Positions 48,201-62,569 of a DNA stretch of 64,000 nt are shown in pieces (within the stretch, counting starts at the first letter, position 1; the number at the start of each line of letters is the position of its first letter). The notes below the pieces were generated by a model. That model was not told the origin of the DNA. It searched no databases and was given only the letters and a program-made list of their open reading frames with translations. Both the position numbers and the translations under genes were made by a program. Source of the stretch: Thalia democratica (Eukaryota). Location: the NCBI GenBank assembly GCA_965202585.1, contig OZ241830.1:60698001-60762000 (forward strand), in the 5' to 3' direction.

Positions 48201-51200
48201 AAAGAGTTTAACATATAAAAAACATTAATATCTGAATATTTAACTATATAAGTTTTGAACACTTTAACAGCTAAAACTAGAAACCTATTTCATGATTGGA
48301 TACTACAAGAATATTAAATTTAAATATTAAGCAATTATAATATGTTAGAATTTAAATTCTATCTTCTGTAATCTTTTTAATCATTTGATAAAATTAATAC
48401 TACACAATACTTTATTTTTAATCAACAAAGTTTTAAAAAGCTCTACAAAAATTTTTTTGTTTGGAGCTAAAAGTCAAGTAAAATTGTAAAAATAATATAA
48501 AAATTTATAAACTTCTTCACTGATATCGTCAGCTTTAGCGAGTTCTTCGAAATTGACAATTTCTTCAACATCGGGCACAAACGAAATGGCGTCACTGCTG
48601 TAATGAAGACCCCCATTTCTCATAATTCGCACGAACCCCATAGCGTTTCCTGGAAAAAATCAAGAAAAAATACTTATTTTATTTAAAAATGCGTGTTTAT
48701 AAATGCTAAATAAAAAAATAAACACTTTTTTCTTCGAACTTTCTCTAAAAAAAACACAAAATTTCTATTGACTTTGTAGAAATATTAATATTTTTATACA
48801 TATAAACGTCGTTAGTTGAATAAATTACAGTATACTACCGCTTAAGTAGGCACTTTTTTTTGGTACGCACCCCGGCTTAAGTACGCACTTATCAAGAAAG
48901 ACAAAAAAAAAATTCTAAATTTCTTATATTTTTTTCATATATTTATAACAAATTTAAATAAATTTTTAAACTAGGATGAGTAGTCCTGAGTAGTCTAAGT
49001 GGCTTGAGATTGTGACAGTCTTTTAATTAAATGTTAATAAATTAAATACTTATGTAGTGGTTGCAGAAAAGTGAAAAGAATAATGATATTTGAGCTGTAA
49101 TGCTATAAAAAAAATCTAGATGACAATGTTAAAAAAAACCTACAAATACAACATAGTTAAGTCATAATTTAAGTTAAATGTACACGCATTTATATTTTGA
49201 AAATGTTTGGTAAACAGAAAGTAGTTTGGTACTTTTCCTCTAACAAAACAAAATATGGAAAATATGGCTTAATATTCTTTTTTATATCATTGACTGACAT
49301 TGACTTTCTATATTAAATGTATGTATTAATTATGTAGAAACTTTTTATAGAAAAAATAAATCATTTCAAAATCTATTAACAAATTTTGCAGATTAGAATT
49401 ATGTATTAAATGTTATTTAAAATAAAAAAACTTGTTTATTTGGTTTAATTATTTGGTGGCTAGTTGTAAGAAAAAAAAAAACAACTAAATTTCATATTAT
49501 ACTATGTCGTCAAAAAGTACGCACTACCCGTGCTAAGTACGCACTTTTTGGTCGGGTTCAACTTGCGTACTTAAGCGGTAGTCTACTGTATTCCTAAAAA
49601 ATGTCCAAAATTTTCAATCTTAAATACACATTACGTTTTAACTAGTTTTTAAAGTAGAATACTATAAACTTAAGTATTTAGCAAAATAAATTATTTACTT
49701 GGTAATTAGAAATAGTGATATTTTGAATACTTTATTATAGACTTCATTACAAAATGTTTATAAATATTTGACTGACAACAACTCAAAATTTATTTGATAT
49801 ATAAGGTTTTAAAAATAAGCTTAGCTTTCTTAAATTAACCACAATACTTCAACAATAACTATTTTAAAAGTATAACCAAAATACCCATTTGAGTGATGAG
49901 CTCTCGAAACAGGCTGATGTAATTTTTTCTGCCAATGATCAGCTGTTTCACCAGGCTCTCTGCTCTCTCGTACGGAAACTGGTGGTCCAGTCGATCTCGG
50001 TTTTCTTTGAAGTACGTTCTATCCTGAAATTTTAAATGTTTCATTAAGTTTGTAAAAACTTTATTGGTTAAGGTCAAGTGCAAAATTTAGCTTCGAAGTT
50101 TGCTAATTATGTTATTTTATATAAATGGAAACTATATACATAGAGTAAATTCAAGTTACATTTTAGGTGGAAGTACTACAGTGGAAAACTGTTTAACAAG
50201 TGTGTAGCACATAAACATATAAGCTACAAGAACGATTTTTTTCTTTTTACATCAATTTGTTAATATTTTTGCTGAAAAGATTTACTTTATCAATACCGGG
50301 TATACTTTTAGGAAATAACTAATTAGTTAGCATTTTTTTTGTAATGTTTATAAATTTTGCAAGACTTCTTGATACTTACTTAATTACTTAATAAAGAACT
50401 TAGTGATAACTTTTTTTTTTATTGAACGAAATAAATCATTAGACTTTAAATAAAACTACAAGTAAGATATTAAAAAAAACACAGGTTCAAAGTTTTTTTT
50501 ATAAAGTTTTAATGCAACAAACTATTATGAATGATAATTTATTATACATAATTTATTCGATAGAACAATTATTTGAACAAAATCTTTTTAAATAATTAAG
50601 TATAACGTTTTCAAGATAAATATTGGAAAAAATAATCATAAGTTAACAAAAACAAATTACCCTCATCATTGGCGATTTAACTTGGTCGTCAATTAAGAAT
50701 TGAGAAAAAATTCGAAATCTTTGTTTGAGTAGTTGGTATGTGTAATTGATCTGAAAATTTTATATCTATTATGATTCATATACAGCTTATGTTTAAAAAA
50801 AGTAGCTCAAGTTTCATTTGATTAAAGATATCATAAATGAAATTATTTTAAGATAGCAAGTTAACAAAGTATACATAATAAAAGTACAACTATTTTATCA
50901 TGATTCGTATACAGTTTATGTATAGAATAAAAAGTAGGCCAAGTTTTATATAACAGAAGTATCATAAATGAAATTATTAAGATAGCAACTTAATAACTAC
51001 AGGGTTGCCACTGGTTTTTGAGAAATTTCTTCAAGTTTTTGAAATCACATTTTTTTGGGTCTATTTTTAGTTTAAAGTTAAGTTTAAGGTCAAAAACTGT
51101 GTCAAATAGTAAACAAAACTGAAAAGATACTGTAAAGCTACTTTAAATATGTTTTCTAATAAAAATTTTCTTGATGATGACATAAATTTTTTATCTATAT

Positions 51201-54200
51201 GATAGGTTTTTCATGACATATCAAAATTTGACTACTCAACATGTAAAAATTGTTTAAAATTTAAAGTTTTTTAGTTATTTTTGTTTAAAATTCCAAGTTT
51301 TTTTTCAAAATTTCTCAAACTCCAGGTTTTTTAGCCTAAACTGACAAATTCCAGGTTTTGTGGCAACCCTGTATCTAAAATATAATAAAACAACAAGTGA
51401 GTACTAACAGTGGTGTTAATGATGCCACTTCCATGAGTTCTTATCGAGTTTGCTATGTGCTGTATGTTGATGGTGTTCAAGTGCTTGTTGTTGCTTTGCT
51501 TTTCAACAAACAGCTGTAAATTATTAATAATCATTTTGTTTGGATTGTAACTTGTATACTTTTGATTTAGCTCAAGAGTGACAAACAAAAATCTCAACTT
51601 GCAGCCAAGGAGAAAATCTACTTGAACAATAATTTATTACAACTGATTATTTCGTTAATTTTATTAACTGAGTGAAACATTGGTTTTCAAATAAATTCGT
51701 CATTCAAAAAATTTAAATTAAATTTAAATATACAAACAATGTACCTGGTTGCTCAAGCTGTACCTGTAAGTGCTTGTGAACACGTCAATACTCTTCATAA
51801 TATTCAGCACGTCCAATCCTTGCTCCAATTGCTGATTGGGTAGATGTACCTATTAATAAGTTTAACCTTTAAAAATATGTCAAAGTTTATAAAACTTAAA
51901 TAAAATTAATTGATGATAATACCATGAATGTGAATACTTTCATTAAATATGTTTAAATTTTACAATTTTTTTTTAATCTATTAACTTTATTACAGTTTAC
52001 CAGGTAAGACTTTTTTTAAATTAGGTTGCACAAAGCTAAAAAAATACTTTAAATGGTTAAAATAAATAATCAAACTTGTTGCATTTTAAGATTGTACTTG
52101 TCAGTCGCAACTTTCCTCATCTTGCTGTAAGTTTTCCAGTCATGCAAAGCAACGGTAGTGAGATTGTAGAAAGTTTGATCCAAATAGTGAGTCACCATAC
52201 CTTAAAAACATATTGATTGAGATAAGTAAAATAATAAACCAAAACTTAATCGTTTAAAATTTTAAGCTACGACTTTCATCAATTTGTTTATTGTTTTATA
52301 TACATAATAATGAATTATCTTATACCAGTTGCTGCTCATATTTTGAAAAGCTTTATGAAATCAAAATTGCTTTTTAACTTTAGTATTAAAAGTAACATGC
52401 AATTTATTTTAATTTTATGATTGATAGATTACCATTCAGTTCAACTAACTTACTAAAAATATAACTACTACGTAAAATAAAACTAGTATAAACTTAAGAT
52501 ATAAAATTGTAGTACTAAAATCTACAATTAAAAAATGCAAAACACTGCAAACTTACCTTTAATATCGAGAATGATGCCCATGAAACGGATGGGTTTAAGG
52601 GACAGGGACTGGTTTAAGGGCTTCACCCCCACGTTGAACGGGTTTCTGTCGTCCAACTTCAAGTGGGTGTGCACCGACAACCTCAAGTCGTTCTCTACGT
52701 CTGTGTTTTGTTGTTTGATAAAAATTACATGTATACATAGCTTTTAATAAAGAATGTTTAGGATTTATAACTGGTACAGTATATATAATAATACATAAAA
52801 CATCAGTATAGTTTTTAAATCATTTAAATCTTAAGTCGTTCTCAACGTCTGTGTATTTTGTTTACAAATTCATTTTAAACTGTACATGCATACATTTCTT
52901 AATAAATTTTAAGAGGGATTGTAAAATATATATAAAATCTAGTTTTCTAAAAAATTTTATAAGTTTTTTTTAAATATTTTACAACTAAAAACAATACTCA
53001 CTCTTGAACAATTTTTCAAGGAAATTCTCTTTGAACATTTCAACAGTATCATCTCTGTAGCTTTTGTAGAGAGTTGTTGAATTTTCAAGATGAACTGCTA
53101 ACTTCAAATAAGGTGCACAATCTTCGAGTGCGGACATCATGAACTAGTAAAAGGTAAACACATTTTGCTAAACGAAAAACAAATAAAAATAAACGTTTCT
53201 ACGTATTTAATTATTTATACATCATATTATTTATTTAACTTGTTAAATATTTAACAGCAAACGTTAAACTGAATATTAGAGTAGCTATTAACTTTTGGCT
53301 TCATAAATGGATAAAATGATGAAATAAAAATGCATGCTTACCATATAAAGATACCTAATATATCTTCAATTTTTTTTAAGCAAGCTAATGTTTGCTTATA
53401 AAATAGTAAAGAATTAGTACCTTAAGACTTTCATCAAAAATCTAATTAAAAAACTAAACATTAACCTGCAAATCTGTGACGTCTAATGACTGTATGTGAA
53501 AATAAAAATTCTAAAAAACTTATAAAAAAAGGTACAAAATATTATCAAAGTCTAATTAAAAAAACATCTAATTAAATAGTTTATACAACAACTAATCGTG
53601 AATAAAACAAAATCAAAATTATTATCAAACTAAAAAATCTAAACAGCAAACTTGCAAATCGGTGACGTCTAACGAAGAAGTGTGAAGGCTGGCGAAGTAA
53701 GTGGGCAGTATGGACCGGTGCCAGTACAAGTGACCCTGCTGGCAACTTTCGTCTGCCCTGTTGAGCAATTGGGACAGCGTGTCCAGCTGCCACATCTGAC
53801 TGTGGACCACCAAATACTCCTCGTCCCTCATCAAACGCTGTTGTAAAAAAAATAGTCCAGTTATTTGATTAACTTTAATTTTCAAAGTTTAAACCTCCGT
53901 TGTATTTTTGTAATTAATTGTTTAAACTTTGATACAACTAATTGGGTAAATAACTTAAAAATTTTATTTTTTATCCATGGCAAAGTTGATTCACTGTATC
54001 GTAAAAACTTTTGTAATAGGTTATAAAACTATTTCGTGTGAAACTTGAGAAAGTATTACAAAGAAACTAATTATAAAATACTACAGCCGAAATGCAAACT
54101 ATATGTTATTTTACAAACCGATTGGTTAGCAATGGTGAGGGACAGTGAAGCAACCAGCAATCGTTGCGTTGTGGGGACGTTGTTTATATTGTTGCAAAAC

Positions 54201-57200
54201 AACACCAATGCAGACAACATGTCCAATCTTCTACTGCTGTACCGCTTGTCCGATACTAACTTTTTCTATAAATAGAAAATTGTTTAAATTTCAATATAAC
54301 TTTGTTTTATACGACATTTAACAACTGGCCATACATTTTAATTTGCTAGAGGTTTTAATAGTAATGTAATTGAAAGCTTATTTAACCTTAATGATTTAAA
54401 ATAACAAAAAATAACGTAAATTGGGCACAAAAATATCATCAACAGCAAATTATATTAGAAAAAATAATGAAAACTATCACATCATCCAGTACAACTAAAA
54501 CTTTATAATTTATTTTAATTAACAAAGAAAACGACAGTGCTGGTAAACTTAATTTAGAACAAATATATCAATTTTTTTACAAAATGTCTACAGCTTCATA
54601 AGGTAAAAAACAAAAACCATGTTCTTATATAAACCACTAAACCTTAATAGCGAGCTTTCTGTCGATAATTTTGAACTGAATTTTTAAACAAAAGAATAAA
54701 AACAATACCAGATTAGTAACTTATCAGACCATAAACTTGTTTTCAAACAAAAAACAAAATTTTATGTTACTATTTGTGTTACTTAAAATTAAACAATTTT
54801 ACAACTTTCAAACAAACATATGCGTTTGAAGCGAACAACACCTAAACAGCGAGCGAGAAAATCAAGTTTGCTGATAGACTTAATTTAAAGTTAAAATAAT
54901 CTTTTTTTATTAAATTTTGTATAAATACAAACAGGCATACCTTAACAGCGAGCATGCTGTTGAGAATGTTGAACTGAATCCTCTGCACTACATGTTGCGA
55001 ATTGAACGCAACATGCTTGGTATGCCGGTAGAAGCAATCCTGCACGCTCTTGATCAAACTTACGAACTTGCATATCAATAATACTAGCTGCTTGCTCATC
55101 GGACGTGATAATATGATGTGTAGGTTCAACAGGCAACTAGTCAAACGTTGAAGCCTCCCACCTAGTGATATTCCCTTGAAAAAATTTTATTATAATTTTT
55201 AGTTTCAATTTGATTTTTCAAATAACTTGTTTATAGATAAAAGCACCAATCTAGCGAAAAGCATCTTTCAGGTTTAATTTCTCCAAGATTGAAGATAAAA
55301 ATATTATTTTTCAATTAACTCGGAAGTAGATAAACTTTAAAATATCTACAGTACACTGAAGCTGGTGTAAAGAAGTAATGTTTAGATTAAGTAAAGTTAT
55401 TTATTAGAACAGTATTTAATTAAAATGGTTTTGAACATACAATAAAATTGGTAGAATAAATTGTTTTTTTTAATGTTTTTAATTACTTTATTTTAATATG
55501 GTTTTCAACTAACTCTTAGGTAAATAAACTAATATTTCTCAAGTTTTCTAAAAACGGTGTAAAGCAGCACTGTTTATATAGAATAAGTAAATGAATAGAT
55601 ATAATTGAATAGTTTTTTATTTTCAAAAAAAAACTATTACAGTTTTCAACTTCATTTCAAGGAGAAATACAAATCTTATTAGTCAAACTTTTACGATTGT
55701 CTAATCTTTTAAATAGATAAAAAAGAATGGAAAACAGTATGAAACAAACTTCAAAATAAGTTTTGGATCTTTCAGTGAGCACAGCAGCAGCCGATGTGTT
55801 TTCAGATATAACTTCACAAGATGCAGTCATTTTCACCAGCCATTTGTTGATTGAAAAGAAATAATGTTGGAACTCTCTAAAAGTTAGTGTTCTTACTTTC
55901 ATTGGTTTCAGAATATTTTTTTACAACATACCTTTATAATTACTCTCTAACTCTTTAAAATTATGTGTATAAAATAGAGATTCATATCATTCTTACTCGA
56001 CTATAACTTGAAAATAATTTTTATTGGCTTATGAATTTTTGTCATCTCTTAAAACCTTTTAATTACACTTAATGATTAGTTTATCAAAAAAATAAGATTA
56101 AGTCTGAGGGAAACTTATTATAAAGAAATTATTTTTTTTAATTACATTAAACTTTTCATGTATAAAATCTCAAAACTACTACTATCATACCATAGTTTTC
56201 GTCTAATTAGAAGTAAACAATTATTCAAGCTTGGAAAGTTACCTGTTTAGTTGGCTGACTTTAGTATTGAGCCAATTGGCACGATTGCTTTCACACTGGT
56301 CTTTCATTCTACTGGTTATAATTCCGACTTGTTCGTTTGGCAAATTGTCCATGAAAAAATTTTCAATCAACCAAGTTACAGGACCAAACAAGACAACACA
56401 TGGCAACTAAAAGTAAAAACATATATCTTTTTTATTTAAAAAACCCATTTAAAAACGTTGATGTTTTACAAAAAAATATAACAACTTAAAATACAGTTAT
56501 TTAAACAAATTTAAAACTACTACTTTTAGTATTTATTGTTAATATATTTGTACATTTGTACTTAAGCATATCAAAGAAACAATAACAAAATAGCTGGTAC
56601 TGCTACTTATCAAGTCATTTAAGAAACTAAAATTCTATGAAAGGAAACTTTAGATGTAAAGCAAATTTATAAGTATAATTTAAGTACGTGGTTAAAAAAC
56701 ACACTTACTTTTTTATTGACATCCCAGATTTTATTAAAAAACTTTTTGTCAATATCATGGAATAATCTGGAGTTGAACACAAACAGGCAGCAAATTGCAA
56801 CAAATTCTTGCGCATGGACAAACTCACATACGTTATCACCTGTATTTTTAATAAAAAGTTCTGTAAATACCTTATAAAAAACAGCTTCAAACAAAAAAGG
56901 GCTAAAATAATTTAATTTATAATATCATATTTTTGACTTTGTAAATACATCATAACGGACTTTAAAGTAAAGATATTAATGTAACTTAAATACAAAAAAA
57001 AATTTCTAGTACTATTTTAGTTATATTTGATATAAGACACATAATTGAAATATCGTACTATTTTTAAATATTTAAATTTTCAACAATTTTTTAAATCTTA
57101 GGCTGTTTAAAAACAATACAGTTCTTATTTAAAATTTACGTTTCAAAAGCTTACCCAGTTTAACCTCCAGTTTATTAAATAAAAACTTTATGTTAGTCAT

Positions 57201-60200
57201 AAACTCTTCAATGAAAACAGAATTCTTGGATACAGGGATTCCTGAATCATCAAAATCTTGATCGATGCAATGCTGAAATTTAAAAATTTTAATCAAAAAA
57301 TACAAATTTAATCAAAAAACATTTCTGTATTGTTTTATCTTAAACAGAATTTTGTAGTTTTTATTTTTTAGTTATTCTTAAATTAGCTAAAAATTAAGTA
57401 GTTAAACAAAGAAAGATTTTAATGGTTAAAAAAACATGCTGAAGTTTATATAATATACTTAAAAAAATGTATTTCAACTGCCCTTATCTTTTATCTGAAA
57501 ACAAGTATAATTTTATAACATTGAAAAAATAAGCTCAAGTAAGCTTTAAGTTGTAAGAAATTTAGCTAGAAATCAAAAACGTAATAAACAATTAGTTAAG
57601 TATAATAACTACTGACTTTTGTTTCAAAAATAGGTTTATTTTCAGCTTATAATACTTTAACAATCTAACAGTAAAAGTTGAATTATTAAATTTGCACTCA
57701 AATATTTTTTATCTAGATGCAAGTTAATAGAGTTTGTTATTGATTTTTATTGTGATACGTTATTTTTTTTTTGTCATTATTAGTTCTTTATAAAAAATTG
57801 CTAACAGTTTCTGTCTAAACTTTTGTTTTATACAAAAAAAAAGTTAAAATATAAACAACAACAATTTTTTTTTTACGTAAAAAATAATTTTCTTAAAAAC
57901 AATATCAAAAAAATTATTATGATTTTTGTTAAAGAAAACAATAAAGTAGGTATTTGTAAAAATAACAAACTTTAACAAGTATTTGACATATTTTTAATTT
58001 AAAACCACAAAAAATAAAACAAACAAAAGGTACAATTTAGTTTATTAAATTTTAAATAAATACTTAAACTTAATAATCCTTATCAACAGATTTTTTTAGA
58101 AACAAATTTACAACCAAAAGGTATAGAAATGTAAATATTTTTTTATGTTCTGTTTACTTTAGTAAAACTGTCTAAATTTAATTTTCAACAGTTAAAATAC
58201 AGAGTTTTATGAAGAATATAAATCTTCAAGAAACTTTGTACTTACATAAAATAATCGGCTGGATATCACCAAAGTATCAACTTTTTTAACAAGCTTTTTA
58301 AGATGTTCAAGCTTGTCTTTTGTTACTTCAAAACTCGAAGGATTCAATTCAATTGACTTGATCATTCTGTAGACAAATATTATATTATTTTCAAAAAAGT
58401 TAACGTTTCAATATCAATTCTGCACTAGGTAAACTTTAGTTCACTAGTTGTAAATAAGAACAAAAAATTAAAACTAAACACTTTAAGTAAATTGTTTTAT
58501 ACAGTTAAAGCAAAAAATTAAAAAGTATCACATATATACGTTTTAAAGTAATTTTTCACAATTAACATATAAAATAATATAAGGTTAAAACGTTACATAG
58601 CTTTTAATTTTGTAAAGGTTGACAGATTTAGAAATATCGTTTATAAAACATAAAAATACTAGCTTAACAAATAATTTTAATACGCAATATTTATAACTAA
58701 AATATGAAAACAGTTTTAGGCACAAATGATTTGTCTAATAAAGTTATAAGCTATATTTCTACTAGTACTCTTCCTTTAGTACCTATAAATAACAAAAAAA
58801 AATTACCCTTTGTAAATATTCCAATGAGTTTGAAGAATGCTGTTGTTTGCAACTATTTCATCTATAGTGTGTAAAACTTTTAGTAAATGAGCTATTTTTT
58901 CAAATATGATTGAAAAATGAACTTGGCTGACATCAATAACTTTAGGCAAAGTCCTTCAAGTAAGTTAATGATCACATAACTTTGAAATAACATATATCGC
59001 TTTAGATTTAACGAATAAAATTTATAATTTAATTGCAACAACACGATTACAAACTTATTCTTATTTTTACACAAACACTCTTATATTGTAATAAGTATAT
59101 TGTATATACTTGTTATATAAAGCTGCCATTTGCTGAATTGAATTTTTGAGAACTTCACGGCACCTATGCACAAAACAGAGCAGGTTTTGCAGAGTGGGCA
59201 TTATTTTAGAAACTTTAACATAAGTTTCTGATATTTTACCTCCATTTTCAACATCAAGCTTTCCTGTAATTAAAGTTTCTACTTGATGAATTACCAATGG
59301 ATTTTTTTTATAAAACTGAGTTATATTTTTAAAATAAACAATTTTATTACCAGTTTCACCATAAAAAAGCAACTGATTGTAAAAAGAAGTTTTAGCCTCA
59401 TCCTCCAACAAAAACACTTCATTGCAGAGGGCAGATAATGTGATCAGAACCTTGTTCAGCACTTTGTTGTCTGTTGTTATAATGTCAACAAATGATACTT
59501 TTTCCTCTGCTTTTGTCTGTTAACATTATTAATTAGTTAAGTATTCACTTAATATTGACACTTCAATGAAAAAATATTCTTCTGTCTAAAACTGTGTGGC
59601 TAAATAATGCCCCTTTGAAATATGATAAGATTGCTTAACTTAGGAATATAACCAAACCAACTTAAGCCATAGAAAGGTAAAACACTTTTTTATACAAAAA
59701 TTAACTTTGGCTTTTATATGAAAGCTTTTAATACAAACTACAAACCAGTTTTTATAGAATTCAAAAATATCATTTAACTTTTAAGATATTTTATTTTTTG
59801 TAAAAAGTTTCCGATACAAACATATGGACTGCAAATTTTTTGGGGTCAATTTTCTTGGAAATTTTTAGATTCACTAAAAATCTATCTTCTCCTTCATTTT
59901 TTAAGCAATCATCTTCAAATTTTCAGGAAGTATTCCTTATATTAAAAGGAAAAAAATTTACTAATGAAGTTCAATAATACAAAAAAATTAAAATTTTATC
60001 ACAAAAACTATAAAAAAAAGTGTTATTTTTTCAAAATAAAAATATTTTTACAAAACTTTTTTTAATTCCAAAGTAACGTTTTTTCTCATTGTATAAAAAT
60101 TAGACTGTGAAAGTTTGAAGAAGAATGCTAAAAAAATGTAGGAGGATATAGATTTTAAATAAAATAGTTTTTTTTCGCTGTTTTAGTTTTCCATTCCCAT

Positions 60201-61090
60201 AGAGAACCTGTTATTCGGCCCAACTTTGATTCGTCATATCTTGAAAAATAATTCGAGTTTAAAACAATAAAAAGCATCTTGAAACTTAAAAAAAAACTCT
60301 ATAAAATAAGTTCAACTTGTAAAAAAACATGGTTTACTTCCCCTATGGCCTTTAATAAAATGATGAAATTCATTTAACTTCTATATAATATGCTATACTA
60401 ATAAAAAACATAGGGACCTACAAATATTTCATGTTTCTAATGCCTAACTACTAAGCAACTATATTGAAACAACATAACTCTAAATTTCTTATGCTTTACC
60501 TGTAGAAAAGTTTACAACTGAATTTAATTTTCTAAAATTTCGTTAACCATATAGTTTATAAAACTGTTATCAAAACAACTTAGTAGTTTATATTTTAGAA
60601 ATAATTTAAGGAAGTCATGATATAAATTTTTATTCACATAAGAAAAGACTTTAAAAAAAAGTTTCACTCATAGAGCAGCAAATATTAACTTGTATAACAA
60701 TTGGGTGGAGATCTTTGTCATTATTAGTACTGCATCCTAAAGCACCTTCTATTCCTGAAAGCTGAGTTTGAAATTTGTTCATGAACTCGAGGTAATTGTT
60801 GAAATGGGTTTCAGCAACATGACCTGATAATCAATGATTTTTTTAGAACATATTAGTATCACTTTTCAATACAAGTAAAAACGGAACTGAAATTTACAAA
60901 GCTAGTTTATAGTCCTGCAAAAAGTAAAGACAGTCATTACGCAAAATATAAATGTTTTGAAGAAATAAATGAGTTCCAATGTTTCAATCCAATATCTTAT
61001 ACATATTTTTAGTAAAAAAACTTTAAACTGTTCTGTTTATTTAAGTATCTAAGTTTACTTACTTTTGGCAAGATCATTTATTTCATCCAT
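45258..61090 (-). CDS. WASHC4: WASH complex subunit 4 (SWIP/KIAA1033), complete, 25 exons, ~1155 aa
   Basis: Minus-strand exons: 61090-61063 (MDEINDLAK), 60823-60690, 59516-59351, 59278-59110, 58953-58807, 58366-58246, 57272-57155, 56839-56709, 56406-56243, 55876-55750, 55174-54941, 54265-54119, 53837-53652, 53143-53002, 52700-52557, 52200-52076, 51849-51745, 51513-51409, 50750-50661, 50023-49885, 48649-48513, 47320-47156, 46735-46639, 46222-46020, 45401-45258 (TAA). They sum to 3468 nt, in frame. Motifs: [114 protein letters not shown]. The start exon is the least certain part. Confidence 0.96.
48828..49588. mobile_element. Tc1/mariner-pogo-type MITE with TA TSD in a WASHC4 intron
   Basis: TA|CAGTATACTACCGCTTAAGTA ... 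TACTTAAGCGGTAGTCTACTG|TA; subterminal GTACGCAC repeats. Confidence 0.88.
50769..50999. repeat. Diverged intronic tandem duplication (~128-bp period)
   Basis: atgattc.tatacag.ttatgt...tatcataaatgaaattatt..aagatagcaa occurs twice. Confidence 0.75.
51000..51371. mobile_element. MITE of the CAGGGTTGCCA family with near-perfect 6-bp TSD, in a WASHC4 intron
   Basis: CAGGGTTGCCAC...GTGGCAACCCTG; flanks TAACTA/TATCTA; same family as 8355-8685. Confidence 0.85.
59666..60351. mobile_element. Degenerate TTAA-flanked TIR element (Kolobok-like or piggyBac-like MITE) in WASHC4 intron 2
   Basis: TTAA|GCCATAGAAAGGTAAA versus the reverse complement of the right end, TTAA|AGGCCATAGGGGAAGTAAA; imperfect. Confidence 0.55.
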
Positions 61091-62569
61091 ATGCTTTGTT
61101 TAAGTTTCTAAGCCAGATTTACACTTTAAAACTGATAAAAAAAGTTAACTCTAATATTTTTTAAGGTTTTAATAATAAACAACTAATTTAAGTAACTTCA
61201 ATACAAGGTTTGTGAGCAAATTTGAAAAATTTAGACTTACATTTAATCTAACCCTTGTTGATAAGCACCCTGTTGGGTGTATAAATAGATAAAAAAAAGT
61301 AATCATTAATTTAGTTGGCTAAGCCTTTAAACCTTGATTCTTTATTTCAATATTTTTGTTAGATGTAGCCCCAGAAAATTATCATAAGAATTCAAGTTCT
61401 TAAAACTTAATTTTTTCTTATAACAGCTACAAACATATTTGATTTTTTTCATAATGCTAGCTCACATAATCTTAAATTTTTAAAATAATTTAAACTACAG
61501 CATTTCTTAAGTTACAGTCAAATTTATTTTTGCAAAACAAGTAATAAAAATAAGTTAAAAAATTAAGGCAAGAAGAAAATAAAATCTAGGATTTAACTGG
61601 GTTTCCACTATTTTTGAAATGTTTATTTAAAAATCTATCAGAGTTTGTACAGCATTAATGAAAAATAACACATATTGCAAGTTGATCATTGTTATTTTAG
61701 AAATTTCTTACAGATTTTCTAACTTTCTTCCAGTGTTTTAAGAAGTAAAAGTTTTGTTTTAGATTTTACGTTTTAAACTAAACTTAAGGTTAAAAAATAC
61801 ATTTAATAGTATAAGATAAATGAAAAGATAATGTAATGCCACTTACAAAAGTTTTTTATTTTAAATAGAATTATAAAAACAGTATATTAATTTTTGTTTA
61901 TAATAGTTATTTTTTATGTAATCTTAATTTCATTGTTAAAATCATATGTATTTTTTTAATTTTATTCTAGGTTTTTCTAGGATTCTAGGTAAAACAGCCA
62001 CGCTTATATTGTTTCTTCTTATTAAAAAAAACTCAGAAAGTTTAACTGATTATGAGTAATTACAGACTTTTCACTGTGTCTTTTTATAGACATTCAAATA
62101 GTTTTCAGATTTTTAAGTTTCATTATTTGTTATATAAAAACTTTACATGTTTAGTATTTCAAAGATTTCTTTTATAAAACTATGTTTCACCCTCTAGGGC
62201 ATTTTGAATTCAAGTTCAAAAGTCTACTCAATGCACTTAAAAACATCAAAAGTAAATAAAAGTTGTCCAAAATTCCAGTTTTTCCAAAAAAATTCAAATT
62301 CTAATTTTTATTTGACTAAATTTCAAATCTTAGCTATTTTCAGATATTAAAAGGTTTTCAGGTAAAATAGCTAGGCCACTTTGTTGCTTTTCAAAAATTT
62401 ATGCTCTATGTTAATTCCATTTGTTTAAATTTTTAGTTATATTTATTATGTTAACATTTTTATGCTTTGATGACAATATATATATATATATGTATATATA
62501 TAAAAATAGTATTTTTGAAAAGTTTTGGTCAATAGCTGATGGATACATCTAAAACTCAATATATTAAAC

